Origin: Alloascoidea hylecoeti
Taxonomy: Eukaryota
Direction of reading: 5' to 3'
Assembly: GCA_001600815.1 (NCBI GenBank)
Contig: BCKZ01000016.1
Location: 609,077 to 634,335, forward strand
Length of the DNA: 25,259 nt
A model generated the notes under the pieces. It saw only the letters and a list, made by a program, of their open reading frames with translations, was not told the DNA's origin and made no database searches. Below, in pieces: positions 21,790-25,259 of the stretch. Position numbers and translations under genes: made by a program. Within the stretch, counting starts at the first letter, position 1. Each line of letters begins with the position of its first letter.

Positions 21790-24700
21790 TAAATCTTGAA
21801 ATCTGATATGACCTACCTAATGGCTTAGTCAAAAAGTCACTTAAGTTATTATTTGTGTTGATATAAAATAAGGTCATTATACCTAATATTATTTTTTCTA
21901 ATATAAATAAGTATCTTAACTCAAAGTGTTTGATTTTTCTTAAACCATTACTTGCAATTTGTAGAGCAGAAATATTATCATTAATACCATTGATTTTTAT
22001 ATTTATCATCTCCAGTTCCATAAGTAGATTTTTTATACCTAGTGTATGAGCAACTGATAATGCACAAAATTCAGTTTCACAAGTGCTTAAAGTTATGTTA
22101 TCCAATTTCTTTGATTTAAATGATATTAAATTTCCGTTCAACAATACTAGAAATCCATATTGTGATTTCCTATTTTCTGTGTCATCAGCCCAGGTTGCAT
22201 CAGAAATCACATCCAGAGTATTCTTATTTATTATTCTCTCCTTAGGTAGCTTTGTGATTGGATCATAAGGTTTTAGTTTAATTCCATTATTTGAATATGC
22301 TATTCCAATCGATTTTGTACTGATTGCATACTTCAAAATTCTATAAGCCATTCTTAAATTTGTCTATTTTTAATAGTTTTGATTATGTTCTGGGATTATA
22401 ATTATCAGGTAATGGATTTTTATATACCTTCATGTCCTGTAACTGCTTTTCTTCTCGTATCTTTTTGGAGTATGATTCTAAAGATATTTTTAATGAATTT
22501 GATAGGAACATTTATGGAAAGCCCATATATTTGACCTTGAATACTTCAGATATACGGTTCTGGATCTTAATAGTATCTAAATAATTAGCACATATTAATC
22601 CATCGTGTACATATATTAACACCTGATATTTGTACCTGGTTTATAAGAGAAACACGGATCCACAATTGTTGGAATAAGATCAAGTTTTGCAAGTGCAAAT
22701 CTTAATGTGTTCTACCATTCTTTTGGCGCTTGACGAAGTCCATAAATGGCACAATTACATAGCTAGACTTTTCCGGGGAGAAACAGGAGCACCCGGTGGT
22801 GGTCTAACAAAAACTGTGTGATGGAATTCTGAATTCAGAAAGGCAGTGAAAACATCAAACTGTGACAGATTTACCTATGAATATCGATATCAGAATTTTT
22901 AAGTAGTTTGTGACAGGAGTGAAGCTTGTGTTATAATGAATACCTAATTGTTCTTCAAATCCTCGAACAGCAAGACGCGTTTTATAAAGTGGCTTGTTGT
23001 TATTCTTAATAGTGAAACCCCATATAAATGAAATGATATTATCAGCATCTGATTCATTTACTTCTGAAGCAGCTGTACGATCAGTGAATGATTCTTTATC
23101 TATCGCAATTAACCAGTTACTATCATTAGTAATTTCATCACAAGATTTTGGAATTGGGTTGGTATTAGCCATCAAGAGTAATGATTCATCAGAGTTTTCA
23201 TCCATATTGTAATCTCCATCATCATAATACACTTCATTGTTCTTATTCCTTAACATTAGTTGATTAACCAGAATATTTAGAGGGTCTGATGATGAATGAT
23301 CTTGTATTAATCGGTAAAACTGATAGAGTAAAAAAGATAAAGTAAATAGTATATTAAATAGGAATAAGAAAAAGTAGAGAGTTAAATCCAATGGATTTAA
23401 CTGTCTTATATATGTAACTATATAGGCTAAATAATAATAAGGAGGTGGCAATAATATTAAGGGGCTTGCTGTAGTATATGAATGACCACGTAACCCCTGC
23501 ATATCTAATATGCAAGGCATGTAGTTTAATATAAATCTGAAACATATGTAGATCATTTGATGATTGATCTGCACTGCATATCGGATATGTAAGCATGAAA
23601 TAAGTTAATTAAAATTGAAATAACAACATCTTGTGATTGGGTTTTAACTACTTGTGAATTCTTATTATGAAACTTTTGCATTTGAGGATTTCCACCACTA
23701 ATATTTGTGATTTTTCTAAAAGATTTTGGATGTGTAGGTGTTTTGAAATATTCTTCTTCAACTTCTGAGTAACTTGGAGATTTAATGATAGGTCCTTTTT
23801 TAATGACAATAACTGTATTAGCATAGGGTTCATCTATAGGAGTATCCATAATGTTGTTGTCATATTCAGGTGTCATATGATTTGTGCCAATATCAATTGT
23901 ATTTGTCTTAGGAGTTTTTAAAACAGTTGACGTTGCAATAGGAAATGTTGAAATATCTCTTGTTGTATCCGGGAAGAACCAGTCTTTTTATCAATATCAT
24001 CATTTGAAACACTGAAAGGGTTGATAGTTTGATTAGAAGTTGTATTAACTGTGTTGAATTCTGATTGATTATTGTTATGATTATTATTATGATTATCAAC
24101 AGTAAAATTATCATTTGTGTTAACACCAGTTCCAGAATGGTTATTGACATATGGAAATATATCATCAATAACTTTAAAAGAGCTTGTTCTAATAATCTTA
24201 CCATCATTCAAAAGGATGGTGGCAATTTTACTAGTGCCAGTCAATCCCATAAACCGTGTAAAGATTTATTAAAAATCTTTGAGGGGAAAATGTTGTAGTC
24301 ATAACCGAAAGTTAAAGCCCCAAAGGCGGGTAAGGACTTGTGAGTCACTTTGATAGATCTGATGATCTCATATGGAGTTAAACTGTTACCTGAACGCACA
24401 ATAGAGTTGTTTAAATATACTGCATAGGACAATGCATGAGTCCAATATTGTCCTGAAACCATAGACTGAGACATCATGAGTTTTATCTTCCTTTGAATTA
24501 TGGCATTTGACTTTTTTGCACTTCCATTTTGGCATGAAGATCTAGGAGCAGATATCTCGTGGATTAATCCAGATTCTTCTGTAAATGGTGTTATCAATTT
24601 TGTTGAGAATTTATTATCTGTTCTTATTGTGACAATAGACCTACCGGTTACTGATAAGAGTTTGTTTAAACTGTTTGAATAGAATAATTAGAGTACCGGA

Positions 24701-24850
24701 AGCTTCACTTATGTTTTTTAAGCCTTTGCCCATCATAAATCCAGAATATTTGTCTGTTAAAAGAATACCATAGCTACCATTATTAGGACCAAATAGATCA
24801 GCTGTAACCATTTCTCCGGGGATTAAATTGTTTCGTTTTAAGTCACTGCC
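21790..24850 (-). pseudogene. Disrupted pol pseudogene of the retrotransposon
   Basis: INT: PGEMVTADLFGP, TIRTDNKF, SAPRSSCQNGSAKKSN, YWTHALSYAVYLNN..LTPYE. RT: WGFTIK..YKTRLAVRGFEE, QFDVFTAFLNS, IYGLRQAPKEW*, DPCF, IYVHDG. RH: SDATWADD..RKSQYG, LSTCETEF, DNISA, KHFELRY, NLSDFLTKPL. Many frameshifts and stops. Confidence 0.92.
23305..23628 (-). mobile_element. Solo LTR (324 bp) inserted into pol, 5-bp TSD TCTTG
   Basis: TCTTG at 23300-23304 and 23629-23633. Starts TGTTG, ends TTAATA (probably a decayed AACA). Removing the insert plus one TSD fuses two ORFs in frame (KTQSQD-HSSSDP). Carries TATATAAG and a palindrome. Confidence 0.85.
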
Positions 24851-25123
24851 TGTTGAAACTATACTTAGCAACATATGCAAATTAATAATATCCTAATTTA
24901 TATAAGTTATATAGTAAAAAAGTAATATAAAAAGAGAAGAAATCTGACGATTTTTACTGCTTNTTCTATTGAAAGTTGTATAAGATAAAGGATAGAGAAC
25001 TAAATCCAATGGTGGATTTAGTCTCCTTTTATATTAATATTTATGTACATAAGTTATATAATTGTAAGTATAAATATTAAATAATAAATCGAAGTATGTA
25101 ATGTTAAAAAATAATATTCAACA
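24851..25123 (-). mobile_element. LTR (273 bp) truncating the integrase
   Basis: Terminal inverted repeats TGTTGAA...TTCAACA; TATAAAAG (25026-25033) followed by a palindrome and a pyrimidine tract. Flanks CTGCC and ATAAA do not match. Confidence 0.8.
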
Positions 25124-25259
25124 ATAAAATAAATAAACTATATAGATATATAAGAAAAATGAATATAAAAGGGACTAAATCCTCCTCAGGATTTAGATCT
25201 CTATCCTGTTTATCTTATCATCATCTCTTACTACTAAAAGTGAAAAATTTACAAAATTA
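25124..25259 (+). mobile_element. Partial LTR related to 24851-25123, opposite orientation, runs off the window
   Basis: AATATAAAAGGGACTAAATCCTCCTCAGGATTTAGATCTCTATCCTGTTTATCTTA aligns with the reverse complement of 24981-25035. Confidence 0.75.

Larger units (their letters stand above)
21189..24850 (-). mobile_element. Degenerate Ty1/copia LTR retrotransposon, 3' part (integrase-RT-RNase H, PPT, 3' LTR); gag/protease not in window
   Basis: Domain order INT-RT-RH on the - strand is diagnostic of Ty1/copia. Followed by a purine tract and a TGTTG LTR start. The left boundary is approximate. Confidence 0.92.

Noticed and set aside
21790..24850. RIP-like C-to-T hypermutation of the retrotransposon
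   Set aside because: Only a few inferred G-to-A or C-to-T changes, no consensus to compare with, and RIP is not established in budding yeasts.

Overview
Eukaryotic, AT-rich genomic DNA from a budding yeast (Saccharomycotina). It has short spliceosomal introns with relaxed branch points, and CUG appears to encode Leu. Positions 1-19.7 kb are gene-dense: 3' part of SPT3 (+), myosin V MYO2 (-, 4 exons), a small unknown ORF (+), a 4-exon SAW1-like gene the ORF track misses (+), eisosome LSP1/PIL1 (-), VTS1 (-), NSR1 (+, one intron with atypical splice sites), PDE2 (+) and a hotdog-fold thioesterase (-). From about 19.8 kb to the end there are no host genes. That part holds a decayed Ty1/copia retrotransposon (INT-RT-RNaseH on the - strand) with its 3' LTR, a solo LTR nested in pol with a 5-bp TSD, and two more LTRs in opposite orientations; it may be the edge of a retroelement-cluster centromere. 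The most striking unexplained pattern is that four diverged LTRs each carry a perfect palindrome right after the TATA box, with compensatory base changes. A 2.1-kb gap between convergent genes contains a strong GC-rich hairpin and may hide an ncRNA. All gene names come from recalled family motifs; no database search was run.
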